Notes under the pieces: generated by a model
The model's database searches: none
What the model was told of the DNA's origin: nothing
Seen by the model: the letters and a program-made list of their open reading frames with translations, nothing else
Translations under genes and position numbers: made by a program
Part shown: positions 56,005 through 64,000 of the stretch, in pieces
Layout: each line of letters opens with the position of its first letter
How positions within the stretch are numbered: the stretch's first letter is position 1
Assembly: GCA_964395165.1 (NCBI GenBank)
Contig: CAYMZY010000001.1
Coordinates: 1,695 to 65,694 of the forward strand
Origin: an uncultured Bdellovibrionales bacterium
Lineage (GTDB): Bacteria; Patescibacteriota; Minisyncoccia; Moranbacterales; UBA1568
Length of the DNA: 64,000 nucleotides
Direction of reading: 5' to 3'

Positions 56005-57675
56005 ATGGTCAAGAATATCGGTGCTACCCGGATTTGGACGGTTTTTGTTTTAGTTTCCGGAATTCTGTTTTTTCCAGTGTTTTTTTTGAATGCGGAAGCC
56101 TTCGTATCGGGATCGGAGATGACACCGGAAAGGAATGATACGGGGCAGTATTTCTATCCATATACTTCAAGCGGTGAGGGTTCAGTAGGAACGGTATCCC
56201 CGACTGATTCGACGGGGGTTTCTCCATTCATGCCGGTCTCCGGGACGGGTTTTTTGCCCGGGATGGGTGGAAAGGTGTCGGATGAGGTTCCTCCGACCGC
56301 CCCGACAAACCTTTTGGCCGGGCAGGCGGACGGAAAAAACGCGGTTTTGCTTTGGTGGAACGCATCTCGGGATGCTTCCGGGGTGCAAAAATATCTCGTA
56401 TATCGGAATGGTGTCAAATTGGCCGATTCGACGACGACGCGGTACCTGGATACGTTGGTCTCTGTCGGTGGTCAATATATTTATTTCATTGTCGCACAGG
56501 ATGCAGCTGGAAACGTATCTGAGAGGAGCGAAGCCTCGGCTTTGTCTTTCCCGGTCACGGTCAAGTCGGTTTCCGGTGTCCCATCCGGCGAGGAGGGACG
56601 GAGAGTGGTAGATGTTTCCGAAGGAAGTACGGATACGGAAAGGACATCAGCTGTTGTCAATCCGGCTTCCGGAACGGGCTCCGCTCAAGAAAAACGAATC
56701 CGATTTGATGATGGTGGGGCCCTGTATCCGGGCTCGGTATCGGGGTTGAATCCGGAGATGACCGTCCTTAGCGATGTGGGGAGAACATCGGTACTCGTTT
56801 CTTCGGGATCTTCAAATGTTTCAGCGACCTTGTTGGGATCGGTCGTATCCAAGAATGGAACGCTCGGATCGTGGACTCAGTCAGTGGATAAGGGAAAAGA
56901 AAAGACTTCTCGGAAACCCGACTCCTCGGCACCGGCTGTATCTATATCGCCAGTCGGAGGTTCGGTGGATCAGGATAGTGACGGTCTCTTGGACGCGGAG
57001 GAAGTTCGCCGCGGAACCGATCCGAACAAGGGGGATACGGACGGAGACGGTTTTTCTGATGGAGATGAGGTGAGGAGCGGATACAATCCGCTGCGATATT
57101 CGGTCGATGATACGGGGGATAAGATTATTTTTCAGTCACCGGAAGAGACTGTCGGGAAGCAGAATGTGGTTTCCGGAGTATCACCGTTTGCTGATCCGAT
57201 GGTCGGGACCGGAGCGTTTCAGGTTGAGAAAGTCGAAAAAGTCGACTATGAAGGAGGGAAGCAAGCGGTTCAGCTTTCCGGGACAGCGACTCCGAATTCG
57301 TTCGTGACCGTGTATTTGTACAGCACCCCGGTAATCGCGGTCGTGGAAACGGACGCATCGGGTAACTGGACATACGGTTTCGATAGTCAGCTTGAGGATG
57401 GCAATCACAGTGCCTATGTCACAGCCACGAACAACGAAGGTCGTATCACGATCCAAAGCGAGCGGTTTTCCTTTGTGAAGAAAGCAGGAGCGGTTATGGT
57501 CGCTTCGGTCAAAGATATTCCTGTGGAGCAGGAAGCCCAATCGGTCGGGAAGGAATCACCCTCGATAGATAATTTCATCATTGCGGGAATAGTCATCATG
57601 ACTATCGTTTCTTTCGGAACAATCATTGTTCGGCATCTCATGAAAAAAAGTGTCCGAGCAGAACGGAAGGTGTAG
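56005..57675 (+). CDS. cell-surface protein: signal peptide, fibronectin type III domain, thrombospondin-type-3 Ca-binding repeats, Ig-like domain, C-terminal TM anchor
   Basis: FN3 (PPTAPTNLLAGQ...YLVYRNGVKL...YIYFIVAQDAAGNVS). DQDSDGLLDAEEVRRGTDPNKGDTDGDGFSDGDE. C-terminal IIAGIVIMTIVSFGTIIV. Confidence 0.6.
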   Translation: MVKNIGATRIWTVFVLVSGILFFPVFFLNAEAFVSGSEMTPERNDTGQYFYPYTSSGEGSVGTVSPTDSTGVSPFMPVSGTGFLPGMGGKVSDEVPPTAPTNLLAGQADGKNAVLLWWNASRDASGVQKYLVYRNGVKLADSTTTRYLDTLVSVGGQYIYFIVAQDAAGNVSERSEASALSFPVTVKSVSGVPSGEEGRRVVDVSEGSTDTERTSAVVNPASGTGSAQEKRIRFDDGGALYPGSVSGLNPEMTVLSDVGRTSVLVSSGSSNVSATLLGSVVSKNGTLGSWTQSVDKGKEKTSRKPDSSAPAVSISPVGGSVDQDSDGLLDAEEVRRGTDPNKGDTDGDGFSDGDEVRSGYNPLRYSVDDTGDKIIFQSPEETVGKQNVVSGVSPFADPMVGTGAFQVEKVEKVDYEGGKQAVQLSGTATPNSFVTVYLYSTPVIAVVETDASGNWTYGFDSQLEDGNHSAYVTATNNEGRITIQSERFSFVKKAGAVMVASVKDIPVEQEAQSVGKESPSIDNFIIAGIVIMTIVSFGTIIVRHLMKKSVRAERKV

Positions 57676-57815
57676 TGCGGAGAATTTCCGGGTAGAACGG
57701 GGAGTGAACGCTGTCTCTGGTCTGATTGATGTCAGGTTTACCCTGGTTCCCACTCGAAGGTTTTCCTGATAAGTATCCGGATGAGGGGGAAGTTATTCTA
57801 GTATCGAAATATCGT

Positions 57816-58541
57816 ATGCAGGAAAAAGTCTCCAAATTGGCCGTTTTTGATATCGACGGGACTATTTTTCGGAAAAATCTCCATTTCGAACTCATCAATG
57901 AGCTTGCTTGGATGAAAATTTTTCCGTTGGATGCCCGCCGGCAACTTATCGAAATCTACACGAATTGGGTGGAGCATGAGGGTACGTACGAACAGTATCG
58001 TCGCGCTTTGGTGAACCTCTATTCCGAGCATATAGCTGGTTGTCGAAAAAGCGATGTCTTGCGGGCAAGCAAGATCGTCATTCCATTTCATGCGAAGCGA
58101 ACCTACGTCTTCGCCGAGAACCTCATCAAGAAGTTGCGTTCCGAAGGGTATCACCTGATTGCCGTTTCCGGATCGCCGAGCGAGGTGGTCGAAGAATACA
58201 ATGCCCATTACCTTAAGTTCGATGCCGCATTCGGGAGTATCTATGAACTGAATGATCGGGATATCTATACGGGAGCCGCCGCATTCGAGCCGTCAAAAAA
58301 CAAGGGAGAGGTGGTCAAGCAATACGTCTATGAACATGGGCTTTCCCTGGAGGATTCGTATGGTATCGGTGATACCGAGTCGGACGGTAGTTTTCTCCGG
58401 CTCGTGAAATATCCGATCGCTTTCAATCCGAATCAGAACCTCAAGGAGCAGGCAGAAAAGGAGCATTGGCGTATTGTCATCGAAAAGAAAGACGTCGTTT
58501 ATGAGATCACGCAGGACACGACTGTTTCCCTGAAAAGGTAA
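57816..58541 (+). CDS. HAD-IB family hydrolase (phosphoserine-phosphatase-like)
   Basis: Motif I FDIDGTI, motif II VSGS, motif IV GDTESDG. Confidence 0.65.
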   Translation: MQEKVSKLAVFDIDGTIFRKNLHFELINELAWMKIFPLDARRQLIEIYTNWVEHEGTYEQYRRALVNLYSEHIAGCRKSDVLRASKIVIPFHAKRTYVFAENLIKKLRSEGYHLIAVSGSPSEVVEEYNAHYLKFDAAFGSIYELNDRDIYTGAAAFEPSKNKGEVVKQYVYEHGLSLEDSYGIGDTESDGSFLRLVKYPIAFNPNQNLKEQAEKEHWRIVIEKKDVVYEITQDTTVSLKR

Positions 58542-58678
58542 TAACTGGAATATGAATCTCAACTCCGAAATCGATAAGTTTCTCAAGCGGACGCTCTGGC
58601 TCTGGCTCCCGTTTTACGCTCTCATACTCCTTATAAGGGAAGCTCGCGAGAAATTCAAACACTGAAAAAAGAGCGGGT

Positions 58679-59098
58679 ATGAAGAAACAGTCAAATCGAT
58701 GGCCGCTTTTCGTCCGTGGAAGCATGTTGGTCGTTTGGATGGGAGTCATCTTCCTGTTTTCATCCATGCCGGGGTCAGGAAGTCTGTATGACCCGCCGAC
58801 CTGGTATGTCCTTGAGCGGAAAGGAGCGCATGTTTTCGAATTCGCCTTCTTATCGGTATTCGCTTTTCGTTTTTTCCGTGTCTTATTCGATGCGACGTGG
58901 CGGATGACTGCCGCAATTTCGGCAGCATTCGTTTTTACATACGGGGCATTCGATGAATTGCATCAGGCATTTGTCTTTGGTCGAGGAAGCCGTTTTTCCG
59001 ATGTCGGTATCGATGTTTTGGGTTCGGTGATCGCTCTTGGTTTGATCTGGAGCATCTTTCTTCTTCCTTCGCTCAAAAAATTAAGAAGAATGCTATAA
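58679..59098 (+). CDS. VanZ family membrane protein
   Basis: 4 TM. FDELHQAFVFGRGSRFSDVGIDVLGSVIALGL. Confidence 0.7.
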   Translation: MKKQSNRWPLFVRGSMLVVWMGVIFLFSSMPGSGSLYDPPTWYVLERKGAHVFEFAFLSVFAFRFFRVLFDATWRMTAAISAAFVFTYGAFDELHQAFVFGRGSRFSDVGIDVLGSVIALGLIWSIFLLPSLKKLRRML

Positions 59099-59133
59099 TA
59101 CGCGTACGGATGAAGAATGAAAAATAAAAACAC

Positions 59134-60885
59134 ATGCATATCGCCATCCAACAATTGAAAGACTTCCTTCTCGATTCGGGGCTTCTTTCGAAAGAGAAGG
59201 TAGAGGAGGCTATCCTTCAGTCGGGAGAGAAGAAGCAGGAGCTGGGACAATATCTGCTTGATCAAGGTCTTCTGCAGCCGGCTGAGCTTCAAAAAGTCTA
59301 TGCGTATGTCCTTGGGATTCCCTTCGTCGATCTTTCCAAGGAGACGATACCTTTTGAGATTCTCCAGATCATTCCTGAGCCGATCGCGAAGAAGGCGAAT
59401 ATCGTTTCCTTTGAGAAGGAGGGAAACGATTTGAAGGTCGCGATGTCGAATCCGGAAGATCTCCAGACGATCGACTTCATCAAGAAGAAGACGGGATTGA
59501 AGATTATTCCCTGTCTGGCGACCCAGGAGAGCATACAGACCGCCTTGCATCAGTATGAAAAAAGCCTGAAGGCGGAATTCGGCGATATCCTGACGGGAGA
59601 AGTGCAGCCGGGAAATACGAAGCAGGATGAGGAGAGTGCTGAGGCGTTGGCTTCGGGGTTGCCGATCATCCGTATCGTCGATACCCTATTGAAGCACGCC
59701 ATTCTTCAGTCGGCTTCAGACATCCATATTGAACCGGATGAGAAAGAAGTGCATGTCCGATACCGCATCGACGGGGTCCTGCATGAGACGATGACGCTTC
59801 CGAAGGATACGGCTGCCGGTATCGTGGCTCGTATCAAAGTGCTGTCCAACCTGAAACTTGATGAACACCGCATCCCGCAGGATGGCCGTTTCAAGATCGA
59901 GAAGGATGATTATAAGATCTCTTTCCGGGTGAGTTTACTTCCGGTTTTTGATGGAGAGAAAGTCGTCATGCGTCTTTTGGATGAAGGAGCCAAAGGATTG
60001 ACGCTTGAAAAAATGGGCTTGTCCGGGAAGGCGCTTGAAAGCGTGCACCGGGAAATCAAGAAGCCGAACGGGATGATCCTTGTGACCGGGCCGACTGGCT
60101 CGGGAAAGACGACGACTTTGTATACGGTCATGGATATCCTGAATACGGCCGAAGTGAATATCAGTACGGTGGAGGATCCGGTCGAGTATCGGATGCCGCG
60201 GGTGAATCAGACGCAGATCAATCCGAAAGTCGGGATGACTTTCGCAGCAGGGTTACGTTCGCTTCTGCGTCAGGATCCGGATATCATCATGGTCGGCGAA
60301 ATCCGCGATTCTGAGACGCTCGAAATCGCCCTGAATGCGGCCATGACGGGACATCTGGTTCTTTCGACGCTGCATACCAACTCCGCCGCCGCCGCTTTGC
60401 CGCGTATGTTGGATATGGGTGCTGAACCGTTCCTGATCGCTTCGACAGCCAACGTCATCGTCGCTCAGCGTTTGGTCCGGAAGCTTTGCACGGATTGTCG
60501 GAAACCGTATCAGCTCGATGAGAAGCAGCTGGCTTCGCTTGGGAAGAGTTATGATATAGATGCTCTTTTTGTGACCATGCAGAAAAACCCGGAAATCGCC
60601 AAGATTATCGGATCGGCGAAAAGTCTGAAGGATGCCACCTTTTATGCGATAGGCGGATGCGACCAGTGTGGCGGCGAAGGATACCGTGGTCGGCTCGGTA
60701 TCTACGAGGTCCTCGAGATGGAGACGAATATCCGGAAACTGGTGACGCATGCCGCTACGAGCGAGGAGATCGAGACGGTCGCCCGTAAGGAAAATGGCAT
60801 GTACACGATGGTGGAAGACGGTTTTCTGAAGGCCGTCCAGGGACTGACGACTCTCGAAGAGATCATGCGTGTCACTAAAGAATAA
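59134..60885 (+). CDS. second GspE/PilB-type secretion ATPase with N-terminal T2SSE_N (MshEN-like) domain
   Basis: N-domain QELGQYLLDQGLLQPAELQKVYAYVLGIPFVDL. Walker A GPTGSGKTTTLYT. C-terminal CTDC...CDQCGGEG. Confidence 0.85.
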   Translation: MHIAIQQLKDFLLDSGLLSKEKVEEAILQSGEKKQELGQYLLDQGLLQPAELQKVYAYVLGIPFVDLSKETIPFEILQIIPEPIAKKANIVSFEKEGNDLKVAMSNPEDLQTIDFIKKKTGLKIIPCLATQESIQTALHQYEKSLKAEFGDILTGEVQPGNTKQDEESAEALASGLPIIRIVDTLLKHAILQSASDIHIEPDEKEVHVRYRIDGVLHETMTLPKDTAAGIVARIKVLSNLKLDEHRIPQDGRFKIEKDDYKISFRVSLLPVFDGEKVVMRLLDEGAKGLTLEKMGLSGKALESVHREIKKPNGMILVTGPTGSGKTTTLYTVMDILNTAEVNISTVEDPVEYRMPRVNQTQINPKVGMTFAAGLRSLLRQDPDIIMVGEIRDSETLEIALNAAMTGHLVLSTLHTNSAAAALPRMLDMGAEPFLIASTANVIVAQRLVRKLCTDCRKPYQLDEKQLASLGKSYDIDALFVTMQKNPEIAKIIGSAKSLKDATFYAIGGCDQCGGEGYRGRLGIYEVLEMETNIRKLVTHAATSEEIETVARKENGMYTMVEDGFLKAVQGLTTLEEIMRVTKE

Positions 60886-60913
60886 AGAATAAGGATTACT
60901 GATCCTTATTCTT
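60885..60913. terminator. bidirectional terminator, perfect 12-bp stem (aagaataaggat/atccttattctt) between convergent pilB-2 and rel
   Basis: It overlaps both stop codons. T-rich on the + side. Confidence 0.55.
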
Positions 60914-62414
60914 TGGTTTTGAATTCGTTGCGGAATTCGCGCCGTATATGTGATTTCGCATTGGAGGTCTTGACGAAATTGAGCCAGTCCCGCGAGGGCT
61001 TTTTCTTTTCCTTGACAGTGAGGATATCGACGACTTGGCCGTTTTCGATACGCGAATCGAGTGGAACCATTTTACGATCAACTTTCGCCCCGACGGTCCG
61101 GTGTCCGATTTCGCTGTGTATGGCATAGGCAAAATCGATAGGTGTGGAGTCCTCGGGGAGCTCGATGATGTCACCTTTCGGAGTGAAGGCGAAGATGTGA
61201 TTTTTGAAGAATTCGATCTTGAGTCCCTGCATGAACTCTTCATCGTTTCGGCCGATCTCCCGTTGCCATTCCTTCAGCTGGTTGACCCAGGCGAGTTCCT
61301 TCGGAGGAGTCTTCCCGGATGGACCCCGGTTCTTGAAGAAGAGATTTCTCCAGCTGCGCCGTTCTTTTTCGGTGTATATCCAGTGAGCCGCGATGCCATA
61401 TTCCGATTCATCGTGCATCTTCTGGGTGCGGATCTGAACTTCGAGTATCCGCCCTTCCGGACCGAAGATAGTGGTGTGGAGCGATTGATAGCCGTTCGGT
61501 TTCGGAAGGGAGATGTAGTCCTTGATGCGGCCGACCATCGGACGGTACAGCTTGTGAACGATACCGAGGGATTCGTAGCAGTCAGCGATTTCTGGAACGA
61601 TGATGCGGATCGCGACGAGGTCATAGACGCGGGCGATATCCATGTCGTGCTTTTTCAGTTTTTGGAAAAGTCGATAGAGGTGTTTTGTCCGTCCGTGGAT
61701 ATCGAGGATATGAACGCCTTCCTTGTCGAGTTCAGTCTTGAAAAGCGCAACGATTCTCGTGATGTAGAGGTCTCCCTCCCGGAGATATGTCTCCTGGATT
61801 TTTTTCGTCAGGGTGTAGTTTTCAGGATCGAGGTACTGGAAGCAGAGATCCTCGAGTTCACCTTTGAGCTCACCGATGCCCAATCGGTTGGCAATCTGGG
61901 CGTATACCTCTATGGTTTCGCGCGCGATACGCTCCTGTTTTTCCCGGGGGACATGTTCGAGTGTGCGCATGTTGTGGAGGCGATCGGCGAGCTTGATGAT
62001 GACGACACGGATATCGCGAGCCATGGCAAGAAACATCTTTCGGAGATTTTCCAGATAGAGTTCTTCCTTGGTTCCGCGGAGTTTGATCTTCCCGAGTTTG
62101 GTGATGCCGTCGACGAGATATGCGATTTCGCTGCCGAATTTCTTCTCGATTTCCGTCAACGTGACTTCAGTGTCCTCAGGGACATCATGGAGAAGCCCTG
62201 CTGCTATAGTTCGTGCATCCATACCGATCTCACGGAGAGTGAGTCCGACGGCGAGACAGTGGGTGATGTAGGGTTCACCAGAACGGCGTTTCTGTTCCCG
62301 ATGGGCTTTTTCGGCGAAGGCGTATGCGTCGGCAACGAGTTTCTCGTCATCGTTTGAAAAAGGCGCATTTCCGGACGCCAGGATTTCCTTGAGAGTAGGG
62401 ATAAGGGGGGTCAT
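60906..62414 (-). CDS. rel: RelA/SpoT-family (p)ppGpp synthetase/hydrolase, short form (HD + synthetase + TGS, no ACT)
   Basis: HD motif HRSGEPYITHCLAV...HDVPED. Synthetase RxKxxxSxxxKxxRK-like region. The TGS domain sits right at the C-terminus. 502 aa. Confidence 0.85.
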   Translation of the reverse strand: MTPLIPTLKEILASGNAPFSNDDEKLVADAYAFAEKAHREQKRRSGEPYITHCLAVGLTLREIGMDARTIAAGLLHDVPEDTEVTLTEIEKKFGSEIAYLVDGITKLGKIKLRGTKEELYLENLRKMFLAMARDIRVVIIKLADRLHNMRTLEHVPREKQERIARETIEVYAQIANRLGIGELKGELEDLCFQYLDPENYTLTKKIQETYLREGDLYITRIVALFKTELDKEGVHILDIHGRTKHLYRLFQKLKKHDMDIARVYDLVAIRIIVPEIADCYESLGIVHKLYRPMVGRIKDYISLPKPNGYQSLHTTIFGPEGRILEVQIRTQKMHDESEYGIAAHWIYTEKERRSWRNLFFKNRGPSGKTPPKELAWVNQLKEWQREIGRNDEEFMQGLKIEFFKNHIFAFTPKGDIIELPEDSTPIDFAYAIHSEIGHRTVGAKVDRKMVPLDSRIENGQVVDILTVKEKKKPSRDWLNFVKTSNAKSHIRREFRNEFKTKE

Positions 62415-62510
62415 AATGCGATGGTGATAACTGTCTATATAGAGTATAGCAGATTTGACAGATGCAACTCAGTTGCGATAACATAGGAAGCGTAAGAATG
62501 AAAGAAAGAT

Positions 62511-62942
62511 ATGGGAGACATACACGGTGACGGCGATCCTTTGTCAGAACTTCAGGAGCGAGGGTTCCGTTTGACGAGAGCACGTAGGGCTGTTGTCGAA
62601 TTCCTCGTATGTACCGATGCTCCGCAGTCGATACCGGAGATCCTGGAATCGTTTCAGGGGAAAGGATTGGCGTTCAATAAAACGACGGTGTATCGCGAAC
62701 TGGCGTTTCTGGTCAAGGAGGGGATTGCAAAAGAAGTCCGCATCTCCGATGAAAAGCGTTACTATGAGCTTGCCGGTGATCATCACCACCATACGGTCTG
62801 TGTGCGCTGCGGGGATATTCGTGACGTTGTTTTTCACGAGAATCTGATGCCTATCGAACGTATCCTTTCTGAAAAGGATGGGTTTCAGGTACTTGAGCAT
62901 TCGTTGGAATTCTTTGGATTCTGTTCTCAGTGTAAATCGTAA
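62511..62942 (+). CDS. zur: Fur-family metalloregulator, probably Zur
   Basis: Winged-helix N-domain, HHHH and CxxC...CxxC metal sites. Immediately upstream of znuA. Confidence 0.7.
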   Translation: MGDIHGDGDPLSELQERGFRLTRARRAVVEFLVCTDAPQSIPEILESFQGKGLAFNKTTVYRELAFLVKEGIAKEVRISDEKRYYELAGDHHHHTVCVRCGDIRDVVFHENLMPIERILSEKDGFQVLEHSLEFFGFCSQCKS

Positions 62943-62953
62943 AAAAAAGATAT

Positions 62954-63925
62954 ATGCCGAAGAGGATTATTTTTGGATTCGTGGGTGTCGGAATAGTTGT
63001 GGCTTGTCTTATTTTCACATTTTCTTTTTTCGGGTTGATACCCTCACGAACTCAGGACGACACGGAACGTTCGCTCCGCGTGGTCGCATCTTTTTTTCCG
63101 TATGCTGAATTCGCGCGCGCCGTAGCTGGCGAGACCGCTTCCGTAACGACGCTGGTTCCCTCCGGAGTGGAACCGCATGATTTCGAGCCGACTCCTCGCG
63201 ATATGGAGAGGCTTTATCAAGCCGATATTGTGATCATGAACGGTGCAGGTATTGATGCCTGGGCGGAAAAGCTTGCTCCGGAACTTGAAAATCACGGCGT
63301 CCGTGTTGTACGGATGGCGGATTCGATGGATCTTCTGCCGGTCAAGGGTGAAGGGCATGAATCGGAATCAGCCAAAGACGACGCACAAGAAGCATCGGTA
63401 CCTGACCCTCATTTTTGGCTCGATCCGGTACTGGCAGAGACACAGGTCAGACAGATTGCGGAAGTGTTTTCGGAGACCGATCCGGCACATCAGTCGCAGT
63501 ATGCGTCCAGGGGCGATGCACTCATTGAAGAACTGCGTGCGCTCAATCAGGAATATGATTCCGGTTTGCGGACATGCCGCTTGCGTACCGTAGTCACCGC
63601 ACATGATGCCTTTACCTATCTCGCAAAAAGGTACACACTGGAAGTAGTATCGATTGCTGGACTTTCTCCGAATGCCGAGCCGTCTCCGGGACGACTCGTG
63701 GAAATCGCTCGTCTGGTCCGGGAACGAGACATACGCTACATTTTTTTTGAAACGCTTTCCAGTCCGGAGCTTTCTGAAACGCTCGCTCGAGAAACGGGCA
63801 TCGGAACACTGGTCTTCAATCCAATTGAGGGAGGTGGGATTGGGGAAGACGGTTTTCCGGAAACATATCTCGGCCTCATGCGTCAGAATCTCACTCATCT
63901 ACGAACCGCACTCGAATGTCTTTAG
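62954..63925 (+). CDS. znuA: metal (zinc) ABC transporter substrate-binding protein, ZnuA/TroA family
   Basis: Cluster-9 SBP fold motifs (PHDFEPTP; DPHFWLDP). Acidic/His loop GEGHESESAKDD. N-terminal TM/lipobox-like anchor. Confidence 0.8.
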   Translation: MPKRIIFGFVGVGIVVACLIFTFSFFGLIPSRTQDDTERSLRVVASFFPYAEFARAVAGETASVTTLVPSGVEPHDFEPTPRDMERLYQADIVIMNGAGIDAWAEKLAPELENHGVRVVRMADSMDLLPVKGEGHESESAKDDAQEASVPDPHFWLDPVLAETQVRQIAEVFSETDPAHQSQYASRGDALIEELRALNQEYDSGLRTCRLRTVVTAHDAFTYLAKRYTLEVVSIAGLSPNAEPSPGRLVEIARLVRERDIRYIFFETLSSPELSETLARETGIGTLVFNPIEGGGIGEDGFPETYLGLMRQNLTHLRTALECL

Positions 63926-64000
63926 CTGATACGCCGCTCATCATCGCGCATGATATCGACTTCCGGCACGGGGAGGATGCCGTGCTTTCTTCTGTTTCGT
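63916..64000 (+). CDS. znuC: ABC transporter ATP-binding protein (ZnuC-like), 5' fragment truncated by window edge
   Basis: ATG overlaps the znuA stop (ATGTCTTTAG). MSLADTPLIIAHDIDFRHGEDAVLSSVS is a typical ABC N-terminal beta-strand region. Confidence 0.4.
   Translation, partial: MSLADTPLIIAHDIDFRHGEDAVLSSVS

Noticed and set aside
61035-62357. 440-aa + strand ORF antisense to rel
   Set aside because: It is a shadow ORF. Rel motifs (HD, synthetase, TGS) are on the - strand.
1-64000. tRNA, rRNA, CRISPR repeats, IS elements, integrase/transposase
   Set aside because: I scanned for tRNA T-loop/acceptor patterns (GGTTCGAATCC-like), regularly spaced direct repeats, and transposase or integrase ORFs. 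None were found. The only notable direct repeats are the pilin 81-mer pair and the coding low-complexity repeats.

Overview
The 64 kb window is gene-dense (about 65 protein-coding genes, 58 on the + strand, 7 on the - strand). By eye it is roughly 50-55% GC. I found no rRNA, tRNA, CRISPR array, transposase or integrase.

The content looks like a reduced-genome, probably monoderm bacterium. My guess is Patescibacteria/CPR, and that is inference only. The signs are:
- type IV pilus and competence genes split across three places (pilMNO-pilB-pilT-pilC plus two pilins at 7.4-15 kb; pilD plus three pseudopilins at 49.6-52.4 kb; a second pilB at 59 kb; comF at 3.9 kb), with no secretin (pilQ/pilP);
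- ribosomal protein genes scattered (rpmF, rpsP, rplJ-rplL) and not linked to rpoBC;
- an SMC without a hinge, a Rel without the C-terminal ACT domain, and class III (anaerobic) ribonucleotide reductase;
- many small membrane-anchored hypothetical proteins.

Other recognisable genes:
- an ABC-2 exporter;
- comF and clpC;
- a glycosylation block (GT-C-like membrane protein, Gfo/Idh/MocA oxidoreductase, GT4, GtrA, SAM methyltransferase, GT2);
- nusB and rnc;
- a MacB/FtsX-type ABC system plus a second, orphan FtsX permease;
- ApbE next to a ferric-reductase-type membrane protein;
- PBP1A, a NUDIX hydrolase, an ABC-F protein and a DEAD-box helicase;
- a PAS-ECF sigma fusion;
- nrdD with a separate glycyl-radical ORF, and nrdG;
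- PhoH2 (PIN plus PhoH) and a Pif1-like helicase;
- a GH73-like hydrolase and a clan GH-A hydrolase;
- trmH, an FN3 surface protein, a HAD-IB hydrolase and VanZ;
- zur, znuA and the start of znuC.

The candidates I think most deserve a second look:
1. A putative pilin-glycosylation island immediately downstream of the tandem pilins.
2. A split or frameshifted NrdD whose glycyl-radical loop sits in a separate 62-codon ORF.
3. An ECF sigma factor with an N-terminal PAS domain, preceded by an overlapping upstream ORF that has a perfect ribosome-binding site.
4. A free-standing 59-codon membrane-peptide gene with a consensus promoter and a strong terminator (type I toxin-like).
5. A Cys-rich secreted protein carrying two tandem TrbC/VirB2-like pilin modules.
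6. An ApbE / ferric-reductase / calcium-binding surface-protein cluster.

Coordinates I derived by hand-counting the sequence may be off by 1-2 nt.
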